A stretch of 28,060 nucleotides of DNA, from the IMG/VR virus record IMGVR_UViG_2728369593_000002. The stretch is one strand, 5' to 3'. The position numbers and the translations under genes are program-made. Of the stretch, positions 16,720 through 25,360 are shown in pieces. How positions within the stretch are numbered: the first letter of the stretch is position 1; every line of letters starts with the position of its first letter. The notes under the pieces are model-generated. The model worked only from the letters and a program-made list of their open reading frames with translations, was not told the DNA's origin and did not search any database. Source of the DNA: a virus (Duplodnaviria; Heunggongvirae; Uroviricota; Caudoviricetes).

Positions 16720-17865
16720 ATGGCACAGGGCTTGCCTGTATCAAACGTTGTTAATGTTGATGTGATCATGTCGCCGCGTGCAGCATCAGGGAGAAATTTT
16801 GGTGCATTACTCATTCTCGGCCCGTCCACAATCATTCCGGTAAGTGAGCGCATTCGTCGTTATTCTGCCGCGGAAGATATTGGAAAAGATTTTGGCGTGG
16901 AATCACCAGAATATAAAGCTGCGCAGGTGTTTTTCTCACAATCACCGAAACCTCAGGAGGTTTTTGTTGGTCGTTGGGTGAAAACGAAGGGAGACAGCGA
17001 ACAGGCCACGCCTGAGACGCTGGAGCAGGCTGTGAATGCCATACTCGATTATACTTCATGGTATGGGCTGGGGATTGCAGACGATGAAGATATTCCGGAT
17101 GCAGACTGGCTGAAAGTGGCTGCGGCGATCGAATCCTCTTCTGTAAGCCGTATTCTGGCGATTACGACAAGCGATGATAAATGCCTGCAGACTGCATCCA
17201 GCGATGATTTGGCATCAAAACTGAAAACCGCCGGATATTCACGCAGTTTTATTCAGTATTCATCGGGTAATAAATACGCTGCGTTATCTGCATTTGGCCG
17301 GGCATTCACGGTTAATTTCAATGGCAGTAATACCGCGATTACGCTCAAGTTTAAGCAGGAGCCGGGTGTCGGGTATGAAACACTGACAGTCAGCCAGGCA
17401 TCGGCACTTGATGCAAAAAACTGCAATGTGTTCGTGTACTATCAGAATGATACAGCTATCCTCCAGCAGGGAGTGATGGCTAACGGCGATTTCTTTGATG
17501 AACGCCACGGCCTGGACTGGTTACAGAATTATGTGCAGACCAACCTCTATAACCTGCTTTATACCAGCACCACGAAGGTTCCCCAGACTGAAGCCGGTAT
17601 TACCCGACTGTTATCAAATGTTGAAAAATCACTGGATCAGGCCGTTCAGAATGGACTGATTGCTCCGGGCGTATGGAACGGGGGCGACCTTGGCCAGTTG
17701 TCATCAGGTGACACGCTGCCCAAAGGTTATTACGTATACGCCCAGCCGCTGGATGAACAGGCACAATCAGAACGTGAAGCCCGTAAGGCTCCGGTGATTC
17801 AGGCTGCAATAAAACTTGCAGGCGCGGTTCATTACGCTGACGTACAGATTAACGTTGTTCGCTAA
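16720..17865 (+). CDS. contractile tail sheath protein (DUF3383-like)
   Basis: 381 aa immediately upstream of the tube gene. Family assignment is from memory. Confidence 0.65.
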   Translation: MAQGLPVSNVVNVDVIMSPRAASGRNFGALLILGPSTIIPVSERIRRYSAAEDIGKDFGVESPEYKAAQVFFSQSPKPQEVFVGRWVKTKGDSEQATPETLEQAVNAILDYTSWYGLGIADDEDIPDADWLKVAAAIESSSVSRILAITTSDDKCLQTASSDDLASKLKTAGYSRSFIQYSSGNKYAALSAFGRAFTVNFNGSNTAITLKFKQEPGVGYETLTVSQASALDAKNCNVFVYYQNDTAILQQGVMANGDFFDERHGLDWLQNYVQTNLYNLLYTSTTKVPQTEAGITRLLSNVEKSLDQAVQNGLIAPGVWNGGDLGQLSSGDTLPKGYYVYAQPLDEQAQSEREARKAPVIQAAIKLAGAVHYADVQINVVR

Positions 17866-17875
17866 GGGGAAGTGA

Positions 17876-18317
17876 ATGTCTACCTATTCTTTTATGGATG
17901 TCACTGCGACGCTGACCGGGCCGACCGGTTCGATTGACCTCGGGTACGGTTCTGCAAGTTCTGAAGAGGGGATTGGTGGTTGCGATGGGCGGTCCTAAAA
18001 ACACCATGACCATCGGTGCTGATGGTGAAGTGATGCACAGCCTCCATGCAGATAAAAGCGGGACGATTACCGTTAACCTTCTGAAGACATCACCGACAAA
18101 TAAAAAATTGTCGCTGGCGTATAACGCACAGAGCCAGTCTTCTGCCACATGGGGGAATAACGTTATCGTGATCCGCAACAAGGTCAGCGGCGACATCATC
18201 ACGGCACGCAGTGTTGCGTTCCAGAAACAACCGGATAATGCCAACGCTAAAACCGGTAATACGATGCCGTGGGTGTTTGACTGCGGCAAGATTGACCAGT
18301 TTCTCGGGGAGTTTTAA
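17876..18317 (+). pseudogene. tail tube protein (DUF3277-like) with a +1 frame break near 17975-17976; may be real or a sequencing error
   Basis: ATG 17876 with GGGGAAG Shine-Dalgarno gives MSTYSFMDVTATLTGPTGSIDLGYGSASSEEGI, then stops after 7 more codons. The next frame continues VVAMGGPKNTMTIGADGEVMHSLHADKSG to 18317. Deleting one G in GATTGGTGG joins them into about 146 aa. Confidence 0.6.
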
Positions 18318-18320
18318 TAC

Positions 18321-18773
18321 ATGGAATTCGAAATCAAAGGCGTGAAATATCGCGTGGCAAAACTCAGCGTTTTTGACCAGCTGAAAGTGACCCGCAAACT
18401 TCTGCCGGTGCTGGCAGGAATGATGTCAGATTTCGGGAGCATTCGCTCCCGTTTGCCTGCTGACGGCAAAATCGACACCGTGAAATTCGAGCAGTTAAAA
18501 CCGGTGTTTGAAACCATGCTCCCGCGTATCGCTGAGGAACTGTCTTCCCTGACCGAAGATGACACCGATGCGATTATTCACCCCTGTCTTGCGGTGGTAT
18601 CGCGGCGTCATATGGACGGATGGGTGCCGGTATTTACCCGGGGCGAACTGATGTTTGATGATATTGACCTGCTGGTCATGCTTCATCTGGTGGCGCGGGT
18701 GGTCGCCGATTCGCTGGGAAATTTTTTGCCTACGCCCCTTACCAGCACGACGCAGAGCCTGCAACAGGGCTGA
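18321..18773 (+). CDS. tail assembly chaperone (lambda gpG analogue)
   Basis: 150 aa between tube and tape measure genes; slippery heptamers near the 3' end. Confidence 0.65.
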   Translation: MEFEIKGVKYRVAKLSVFDQLKVTRKLLPVLAGMMSDFGSIRSRLPADGKIDTVKFEQLKPVFETMLPRIAEELSSLTEDDTDAIIHPCLAVVSRRHMDGWVPVFTRGELMFDDIDLLVMLHLVARVVADSLGNFLPTPLTSTTQSLQQG

Positions 18774-18961
18774 CGTTTAACAGCCTGCCGGACGGGCTGT
18801 CCTACCTTCTCAATCCGGTTGACGCCGGGTTAATTCCTTATACAGCACTTAAAGATGGCTCTGTCGATTTGTACGACATTGCTCTCTTGAATGACCATCT
18901 GGCGGTAAAAGCGGATAACCAGCGGCGCATTGAGAAATGGAGAGAGGATAATGAACGCTGA
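18321..18961 (+). CDS. tail assembly chaperone -1 frameshift fusion product (gpGT analogue)
   Basis: A AAT TTT / T TTT TTG slippery heptamers (18719-18728) in the zero frame. The -1 frame is open from there to TGA at 18959-18961 with no start codon of its own. Confidence 0.5.
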
Positions 18962-18999
18962 AACTATTAAAGATTTCCTCGGTCTCGCTTGGCTTCAGT

Positions 19000-20958
19000 G
19001 TGGATGATGCAGGAGCGAAAAAGTTCGGTTCTGTCCTCGCCGGTACAACTGCAAATGTCATCAAAATGGGGCTGGCTGTTGAAGGAGCTGCGCTGTCCGT
19101 GGTGGCCTTCACGGCTAAGATCGCCTCTGGTCTGGATAATCTTTACTGGGCGTCACAGCGCACCGGCGCGACAGTCCAGGGAATTCAGTCTATTGGCTAT
19201 GCGGTTTCGCAGGTTGGCGGCAGCGTGGACGCTGCGCGATCTTCTCTGGAAAGCCTCTCCCGGTTTATTCGTAACAATCCCGGTGCAGAAGGCTTTCTGA
19301 ATCGCCTGGGCGTACAGACCCGTGATGCCAGCGGTAACATGCGTGACATGGCCGCTATCTTTACGGGCGTTGGACAGAAACTCAGCAGCATGCCGTATTA
19401 CCGGGCTAACCAGTATGCGCAGATGCTGGGCATTGACGAAAATACCCTGATGGCTATGCGTCGCGGAGTGGGGCAGTTCAGCGCTCAGTATTCAGAAATG
19501 GTGAAAGCGATCGGATTTAATGCCGATCAGGCTGCCTTATCGTCAAACCGGTTTATGACCTCGCTGAAATCGCTCGGTGAAATGGCCGGGATGGCGCGGG
19601 ACAAAATCGGATCGAATCTTGCGGACGGACTGGCGGGGCAGATTGATAACCTGCGCAAAAAGATAATTGAAAATTTTCCCAAAATTGAAGTCACCATCAC
19701 AAAGGTCATAAAGGGGATCCTCTGGCTGGGTGAGATAGTCGGGCGGGTAGCATTTCGGATAGTCGATGGTGTCGGAGATATCATCGAGTGGTGGGGGAAA
19801 CTGGATGCCGAAACGAAAACCCTGATAGAGGTTATCGGCGGTCTGGTTGTCGCCATGCGGATACTTAACTCTACTTTCTGGATGTCACCTATAGGGCTGA
19901 TTACCGGTCTGATCGTGGCTCTCGGTCTCTTGTGGGAAGACTACAAAACATGGAAAGAAGGCGGTAACAGTCTTATCGACTGGGAAAAATGGCAACCGGC
20001 AATAGATAAAGCGAAGGATGCGATCACCTGGCTTCGTGATCACCTTCTGGAACTAAAAGATGGTGTTGGCGGCTGGCAAAATGCACTGGAAATCCTCGGT
20101 ACATTCATCGCGGGTGTCTGGGTATCCAGGGTTCTGGGGGCTTTCGGAAAAATATCAGGTTTACCGGTCCCACCCTGGCTTAAATTGTGGGCGCTTTACG
20201 CGGGCTATATTGTTAGTGACAGAGAAAATATTGCCGATAGCGCAAAATCTTCACTGAGGTATACGAAGCGAATTATCGGCGACACGCTGGCTGCTATTGG
20301 TATAAAAACAGATATCGGACGCAGGGATGTCAGTGAGGTCCGTGAATGGCCTGCGTGGATGGACTGGTTGCACGGGGGACCCGGTAAAGTTATCCGGCAG
20401 GGACAGAGTAACGGTGTAGTGCATGGCTCCAACGTCCAGCCCGACATCCCCGGCGGCGGCACTCTTGCTGATCGCAACAATAACCCCGGGAACATTCGCC
20501 CGGTGAGCGGTAAAGGGTTCCGGTTTTTCGAATCAGCGCTTGAGGGCTGGGAGGCGATGAAAAACCAGCTCATGCGTTACTTTACCGGGAAAACAACCGG
20601 ACGGGCATTACAGACTATTCAGGATATTGTCAGTACCTGGGCCCCGGCAGGTGATAACAACGATCCGAAAAAGTATGCACAGGATGTTGCGAAATGGATG
20701 GGAGTATCACCGAATGCAATATTGAATCTTACAGATCCCCGGACTATGGGAGCATTGATGCAGTCGATGGCGCGCAAAGAAGGTTATTCAAACTGGAACA
20801 GCCCGCTGGCGTATCAGGCCGCCGCTGGCAGCCTTAACCAGCAGACTGTTATAAATGTTCATGGAGTTAACAACCCTCAGGAGGCGGCTAATCTGATTGC
20901 TGACAAGCAGGGGGCTGTAAATGCCAGGGCGGTACAGCAATTGAAAGGGCCTGCGTGA
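19000..20958 (+). CDS. tail tape measure protein; true start may be ATG 18951 with a frame break near 18981
   Basis: 652 aa, helical, with a hydrophobic central segment, after the chaperone pair. The listed GTG at 19000 lacks a Shine-Dalgarno, whereas ATG 18951 has GGAGAGAGG upstream. Confidence 0.8.
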   Translation: MDDAGAKKFGSVLAGTTANVIKMGLAVEGAALSVVAFTAKIASGLDNLYWASQRTGATVQGIQSIGYAVSQVGGSVDAARSSLESLSRFIRNNPGAEGFLNRLGVQTRDASGNMRDMAAIFTGVGQKLSSMPYYRANQYAQMLGIDENTLMAMRRGVGQFSAQYSEMVKAIGFNADQAALSSNRFMTSLKSLGEMAGMARDKIGSNLADGLAGQIDNLRKKIIENFPKIEVTITKVIKGILWLGEIVGRVAFRIVDGVGDIIEWWGKLDAETKTLIEVIGGLVVAMRILNSTFWMSPIGLITGLIVALGLLWEDYKTWKEGGNSLIDWEKWQPAIDKAKDAITWLRDHLLELKDGVGGWQNALEILGTFIAGVWVSRVLGAFGKISGLPVPPWLKLWALYAGYIVSDRENIADSAKSSLRYTKRIIGDTLAAIGIKTDIGRRDVSEVREWPAWMDWLHGGPGKVIRQGQSNGVVHGSNVQPDIPGGGTLADRNNNPGNIRPVSGKGFRFFESALEGWEAMKNQLMRYFTGKTTGRALQTIQDIVSTWAPAGDNNDPKKYAQDVAKWMGVSPNAILNLTDPRTMGALMQSMARKEGYSNWNSPLAYQAAAGSLNQQTVINVHGVNNPQEAANLIADKQGAVNARAVQQLKGPA

Positions 20959-21608
20959 TGGACTTTTTATCTGTTTTACTGCAGCAGCGAACCCGCTCAA
21001 TAGGAATAATTATTCCTGATGTGGTTATTACCGAAAAGCACACTGACGCCCTGGAAATTACGGAACATCCGGTTGAACAGCCCACGAATGCTGGTGCCAG
21101 TGGTGAGGACGCTGGTTACATATCAGAACACGCATTCAGGCGCCCTTCTGAGGTTGTGATGGAAACCGGTTTTTCCGGAGGCGGATCGCTGCTTGATTTT
21201 GCCAGTAACCTGACTGCTACCAGTTTACTGGGGCTGAGCCCGAAAGAACTGTATCAGGAACTGCTTAACCTGCAGCGGAATCGTATTCCTTTCGATGTGA
21301 CAACCGGCAAGCGTATTTACAACAATATGTTGATAAAAACGCTGGAGGTCACGACCGATAAGAGTAGTGAAAATGTGCTTCTGGCGACACTTACCCTCAG
21401 GGAAGTAATTATTACCTCCACGCAGTCAGTCAGGGTTGCCCCGAAAAACAATATGACCGAGGGAGTCGGAACGTCTGCTGTGCAGAATACAGGCACCAAA
21501 ACAACGGTGCCGCCGAATAATTCCATTCTGAAATCGCTGCCACAGATGGCGCAAGAAGGTATCTCCACTGTTGATGGGTATTTGAGCAATTTATTTCTGG
21601 GAAGGTGA
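20955..21608 (+). CDS. hypothetical tail/baseplate protein
   Basis: 217 aa, start overlaps the tape measure stop. Confidence 0.45.
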   Translation: MMDFLSVLLQQRTRSIGIIIPDVVITEKHTDALEITEHPVEQPTNAGASGEDAGYISEHAFRRPSEVVMETGFSGGGSLLDFASNLTATSLLGLSPKELYQELLNLQRNRIPFDVTTGKRIYNNMLIKTLEVTTDKSSENVLLATLTLREVIITSTQSVRVAPKNNMTEGVGTSAVQNTGTKTTVPPNNSILKSLPQMAQEGISTVDGYLSNLFLGR

Positions 21609-21611
21609 TTC

Positions 21612-21914
21612 ATGAAAGCCGTAGAAATCCCACTGGTTGCTGACAATCAGACTTTTGCCACCACAATTAACGGTTCGGTTTATCACCTGTCTGTCATCTG
21701 GCGAGGTGAGTACTGGGTTCTGGATCTTGCTGACAGCAATGGCTCCGCCATTATATCAGGTATACCGATGATTACGGGGGCTGACTTGCTGGCACAGTAT
21801 CGATATATGGATCTGGGTTTTTCTCTGGTGGTGCTCTGCGATGTGGCAGGGCAGGAGAATCCGACGCAATTCGATCTTGGAACGCTCTCACACCTCTATG
21901 TTTTCACGGAGTAA
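21612..21914 (+). CDS. hypothetical baseplate-associated protein
   Basis: 100 aa, tightly packed between tail genes. Confidence 0.45.
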   Translation: MKAVEIPLVADNQTFATTINGSVYHLSVIWRGEYWVLDLADSNGSAIISGIPMITGADLLAQYRYMDLGFSLVVLCDVAGQENPTQFDLGTLSHLYVFTE

Positions 21915-21916
21915 CA

Positions 21917-22951
21917 ATGTCGAAAAACTGGATGCGTCACTTTGAATTATTGCTTGTTGATGATAAGGGCGACGGGATAAAAATTTCTGAGCTTAAAGTC
22001 ACTTTCAATATTCAGAAAATGCCTGCGACCATATTTAATGGATTCGTTGGGAATTTTAAGGTTTATAACCTGTCCCCTACCACTCAGAACCGGATTATGC
22101 AGAAGGAGTTTTCGCGTATACAGGTTATTGCCGGATACAAGGGGCAACCGGATGCAGCAGGTAATTATCCTGATGAAAACGTTGGTATGATATTCAATGG
22201 AGATATCCGTTTTACTGTCACTGGTAAAGATAATGCCACAGACAGTTGGATCATGTTGCAGTGTATTGACAGCTGGGAAGGCCACCTGAACGCAAGTGTG
22301 AAAACCACAGTGGCAGCTGGCTGGAAGTACAGCGATCTTTTCAGTCTGGGTATGAAATCATTCGAACCATATGGCATCGAATCCGGCGCAGTTCCTGACA
22401 TGCCTGAAACGGTATTTCCCCGGGGTCGCGTTGTTTATCAAAACACATCAAGGTTGATGAATCATATCGCAGGGCAGTGTAAGGCTAACTGGTGGTATGA
22501 AAATAATCTGGTAAATATTGTTCCTGAAGATAAATATATTGGTGTTGCTACGGTGTTGAATGCTAACACCGGGCTTATCGGTATGCCACAGCAGACGATG
22601 GGAGCTGGCGTAAATGTCAGATGTCTGATTAATCCAAATATTAAGCTCGGTGGGCTTATTCGTCTGGATCAGGCATCTGTATACCGTGCCTCTTTGAGTA
22701 ATGACCAGGTAGCGAAATCGCCAGCACGACTGGATGAGTCTGAAAGCGACGGTAATCTCTACGTTAACGGTCTGCCAGGCATGTCACAGCCTGCCAGCAT
22801 TAATACTGACGGTGATTACATTGTGGGCAGCATTGATTATACTGGCGACACCCGAGGGCAGGCGTGGTATATGGACCTGCTTTGCCTGGCTAAAGGTGGC
22901 AAAGAACTATTGGCAAAAGGCACTTTGGACAAAGTCGGAGATGTAGAGTGA
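21917..22951 (+). CDS. baseplate hub-like protein
   Basis: 344 aa downstream of the tape measure and upstream of the spike; role inferred from position and size. Confidence 0.45.
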   Translation: MSKNWMRHFELLLVDDKGDGIKISELKVTFNIQKMPATIFNGFVGNFKVYNLSPTTQNRIMQKEFSRIQVIAGYKGQPDAAGNYPDENVGMIFNGDIRFTVTGKDNATDSWIMLQCIDSWEGHLNASVKTTVAAGWKYSDLFSLGMKSFEPYGIESGAVPDMPETVFPRGRVVYQNTSRLMNHIAGQCKANWWYENNLVNIVPEDKYIGVATVLNANTGLIGMPQQTMGAGVNVRCLINPNIKLGGLIRLDQASVYRASLSNDQVAKSPARLDESESDGNLYVNGLPGMSQPASINTDGDYIVGSIDYTGDTRGQAWYMDLLCLAKGGKELLAKGTLDKVGDVE

Positions 22952-22973
22952 AAAAAGTATTTTTTGGTTATTC

Positions 22974-23282
22974 TTGGCCCTGCCGTTAACAGTTTCGGCG
23001 GCAACGCAGTGCGGACCATTCCGCTTTGATGCTGGTAATGATGGCCTCATGCACATCAATGGTCAAAAGCCAGAAACACAAAAAATGACCTTTTTGAAAC
23101 AAAAAGACGATTTCGATAATGTCATGATGCAATGGATGTTACCTGATCCTAATACTGGACGTTGGTTAGGTATGGACTACATCAAACGAAACAAAAAAGC
23201 GATCCTCAACGTTGAAGTTATCCGCAAAAATATGGACGACCCTCGGGAGTTCTGGACGTATGATTGCCGGAAGGTGAAGTGA
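22974..23282 (+). CDS. small secreted/periplasmic protein (moron); likely true start GTG 22948, which requires a one-base frame correction in a T6 run
   Basis: Listed ORF begins at TTG with a truncated signal peptide. GTG 22948 (GGAG Shine-Dalgarno upstream) encodes VKKVFF, and with T7 instead of T6 (22960-22965) reads MKKVFFWLFLALPLTVSAA|TQCG, a complete signal peptide. Confidence 0.4.
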   Translation: MALPLTVSAATQCGPFRFDAGNDGLMHINGQKPETQKMTFLKQKDDFDNVMMQWMLPDPNTGRWLGMDYIKRNKKAILNVEVIRKNMDDPREFWTYDCRKVK

Positions 23283-23312
23283 TCTTTACCAACACAACTG
23301 TATTAATCATTG

Positions 23313-23352
23313 CTCTCTCATCTTGAATATGCGCTAATCTGTACATGTACAG
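23313..23352 (+). promoter_or_regulatory. candidate promoter (-35 TTGAAT 23313-23318; -10 TAATCT 23335-23340) with overlapping 14-bp perfect palindrome CTGTACATGTACAG (23339-23352) as putative operator
   Basis: Sigma-70-like hexamers with 16-bp spacer; the palindrome spans the -10/+1 region immediately upstream of the antitoxin Shine-Dalgarno. Confidence 0.45.
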
Positions 23353-23362
23353 AGAGGGTGCT

Positions 23363-23776
23363 ATGAAAACCATTACTTATACACAAATGCGTTCGGATTT
23401 ATCTGCCACGCTGGAATTGTTACGCTCAGGTGAGAGTGTAACGGTAACGCAACGGGGGAAGCCTGATACTGTTATCAGTGCAAAAACCGTTGATAAGGTG
23501 GTGTCTGGAAAAGAAATTAAGCCACAAAACAAAACGATAGATGCGCATCTTGCACAGTTAATTTCATCTAATTTATCCCCACAGGTAACGGAGGGAGTCA
23601 TGAAGTTTACTAAGCAATTAGATGTCCTTCTGCAGTCTGATGAGGCGCGCCAGGCAATGATGAAGGCTGCCAATGCTGCACTTGCCCTGCAGGGCGTATC
23701 AGAGTCATTTATTAAAGCTTTGCAACATACTCAGACTAAGCATGCGGAAATTATAAAAAAACTGGAAGATAAATAA
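23363..23776 (+). CDS. Phd/YefM-family antitoxin with long C-terminal extension (137 aa)
   Basis: N-terminus MKTITYTQMRSDLSATLELLRSGESVTVTQRGKPDTVI matches the Phd/YefM fold signature. GAGGG Shine-Dalgarno upstream; stop overlaps the Doc start (TAATG). Confidence 0.7.
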   Translation: MKTITYTQMRSDLSATLELLRSGESVTVTQRGKPDTVISAKTVDKVVSGKEIKPQNKTIDAHLAQLISSNLSPQVTEGVMKFTKQLDVLLQSDEARQAMMKAANAALALQGVSESFIKALQHTQTKHAEIIKKLEDK

Positions 23777-24183
23777 TGGCTGAGATTACGTTTCTTTCGG
23801 TTGATGAGGTTATTGCGATTCAGAAAAGTACGCTGCCGAACAGCGGGCAGCCTGATATAGGTAAGCTCGAAGGTGCCCTGAACAGGGTGCATAATCTGCA
23901 CATATATGAAGGCTGTGAGGATTTATTTAAATTTGCCGCTATGTATATGGTAGCAATAGCGAAGTCTCACGCTTTTAACGATGCCAACAAGCGAACAGCT
24001 TTCCAGGCCACCAGCATTTTCTTGCTAATGAATGGCTATGAACTTAACACCTCCATGGAGTTGGTGAAGTTGACTATCTTTGCTGCTACTGGAGAAGCTG
24101 ATTGTGATAATACTGCACTGGCACTAAAACTCTTGTCAGATTATAAGAATGAGCTGCTGGCAGACACGATTACTGGATACTGA
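23776..24183 (+). CDS. doc: Doc (death-on-curing) Fic-family toxin
   Basis: 135 aa with the Doc active-site motif HAFNDANKRTA; translationally coupled to the upstream Phd-like gene. Confidence 0.85.
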   Translation: MAEITFLSVDEVIAIQKSTLPNSGQPDIGKLEGALNRVHNLHIYEGCEDLFKFAAMYMVAIAKSHAFNDANKRTAFQATSIFLLMNGYELNTSMELVKLTIFAATGEADCDNTALALKLLSDYKNELLADTITGY

Positions 24184-24215
24184 TAGCGTATCAACGGTAA
24201 ACGTAAAATGTGTAT

Positions 24216-24239
24216 AACCCGCCGTCGAGCGGGTTTTTT
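24216..24239 (+). terminator. intrinsic terminator downstream of doc
   Basis: AACCCGC-CGTCGA-GCGGGTT hairpin followed by a T6 run. Confidence 0.6.
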
Positions 24240-24254
24240 ATGTCTGGAGAAAAT

Positions 24255-25007
24255 ATGCCAGTTTCACTTTCCTCTCAACTCGGCAGTAAAGAACAGGCCG
24301 ATGTAAGACTTGCTGGTTCTGTCATGTCGGTGCTGCGTGTTTCTATGCCCGGTATCGTCCAGTCATTTGATCAGGACACGGTAACGGTAGTTGTTCAACC
24401 AGCGATTAAAGGTTATGAGCCGGACTCAAATGGAATCAACCAGTCGACGACATTACCCCTGCTGGTGGATGTGCCAGTGGTATTTCCGCGCGGCGGAGGC
24501 TGTACGTTGACTTTTCCGGTAAAAGCCGGTGATGAATGTCTGGTGATTTTTTCCGATCGTTGTATTGATTTCTGGTGGCAGAACGGCGGGATACAGGAGC
24601 CGGTCGATGACAGAATGCATGATTTATCGGATGCATTTTGTATTGTCGGTCCCCAGTCGCAGGCGAGGAAGATTAGCGGTATTAATACCAGTGCCACACA
24701 GTTGCGTAGTGACGACGGCAGCACCTATTTTGAGCTTAATCCTGATACCAGGAAAATTAAAATTGTCGCTCCGGGTGGTCTTGATGTGGTTGCCCCTCTG
24801 GCTGATTTTTCTGAGAAAGTAACCATTCATGGCCTGTTAACCTGGATGGGGGGCATGGTGGGGTCTGTGGTTTCTGGTGTGGCTTCAAAAATCACTGGTG
24901 CTGTTGAGTTCTTGGGGAGCGTGAAGGCTAACGGCAAGCCAATCGATGATACGCACACTCATGGTGGTGTTCAGCGCGGTGGAAGCAGTACCGACGGGGT
25001 AAACTGA
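24255..25007 (+). CDS. baseplate spike/assembly protein (gpV-like)
   Basis: ATG 24255 with GGAG Shine-Dalgarno; the listed 24210 start lies inside the terminator. Gly-rich C-terminus with a THTHGG motif. Confidence 0.6.
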   Translation: MPVSLSSQLGSKEQADVRLAGSVMSVLRVSMPGIVQSFDQDTVTVVVQPAIKGYEPDSNGINQSTTLPLLVDVPVVFPRGGGCTLTFPVKAGDECLVIFSDRCIDFWWQNGGIQEPVDDRMHDLSDAFCIVGPQSQARKISGINTSATQLRSDDGSTYFELNPDTRKIKIVAPGGLDVVAPLADFSEKVTIHGLLTWMGGMVGSVVSGVASKITGAVEFLGSVKANGKPIDDTHTHGGVQRGGSSTDGVN

Positions 25008-25360
25008 TGCGATACAGACGTGAAGACGCCGATGGCGATTACACCTTTGGCAGCGGTGATGACACCTGGCTGATTAACTCACCGGAGGCCGTGGCGCAGG
25101 CGGTAAAAACGCGATTCGAATTGTGGTATGGGCAATGGTTTCTCGACACCACCGAGGGGACTCCGTGGATCCAGTCCGTACTCGGTAAGCAGAAGCCTGA
25201 AACCTACAACCTGGCGATCCGTAAGCGCATCCTCGAAACGCGGGGCGTTAAATCAATCCTCTCTTTCAATACGACGGTGGATACCACGACCCGACGTGTC
25301 ATGTTTTCCGCTGAAATCGACACTCTTTATGGAATAACGACTGTTACATCGGAGGCGTAA
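25007..25360 (+). CDS. baseplate wedge protein (gpW/gp25-like)
   Basis: 117 aa between spike and J-like genes; start overlaps upstream stop. Confidence 0.5.
   Translation: MRYRREDADGDYTFGSGDDTWLINSPEAVAQAVKTRFELWYGQWFLDTTEGTPWIQSVLGKQKPETYNLAIRKRILETRGVKSILSFNTTVDTTTRRVMFSAEIDTLYGITTVTSEA

Noticed and set aside
24210-24254. Upstream start codons for the spike gene (24210, 24240)
   Set aside because: They lie within the doc terminator hairpin and U-tract and lack a ribosome-binding site; ATG 24255 has GGAG 5 nt upstream.
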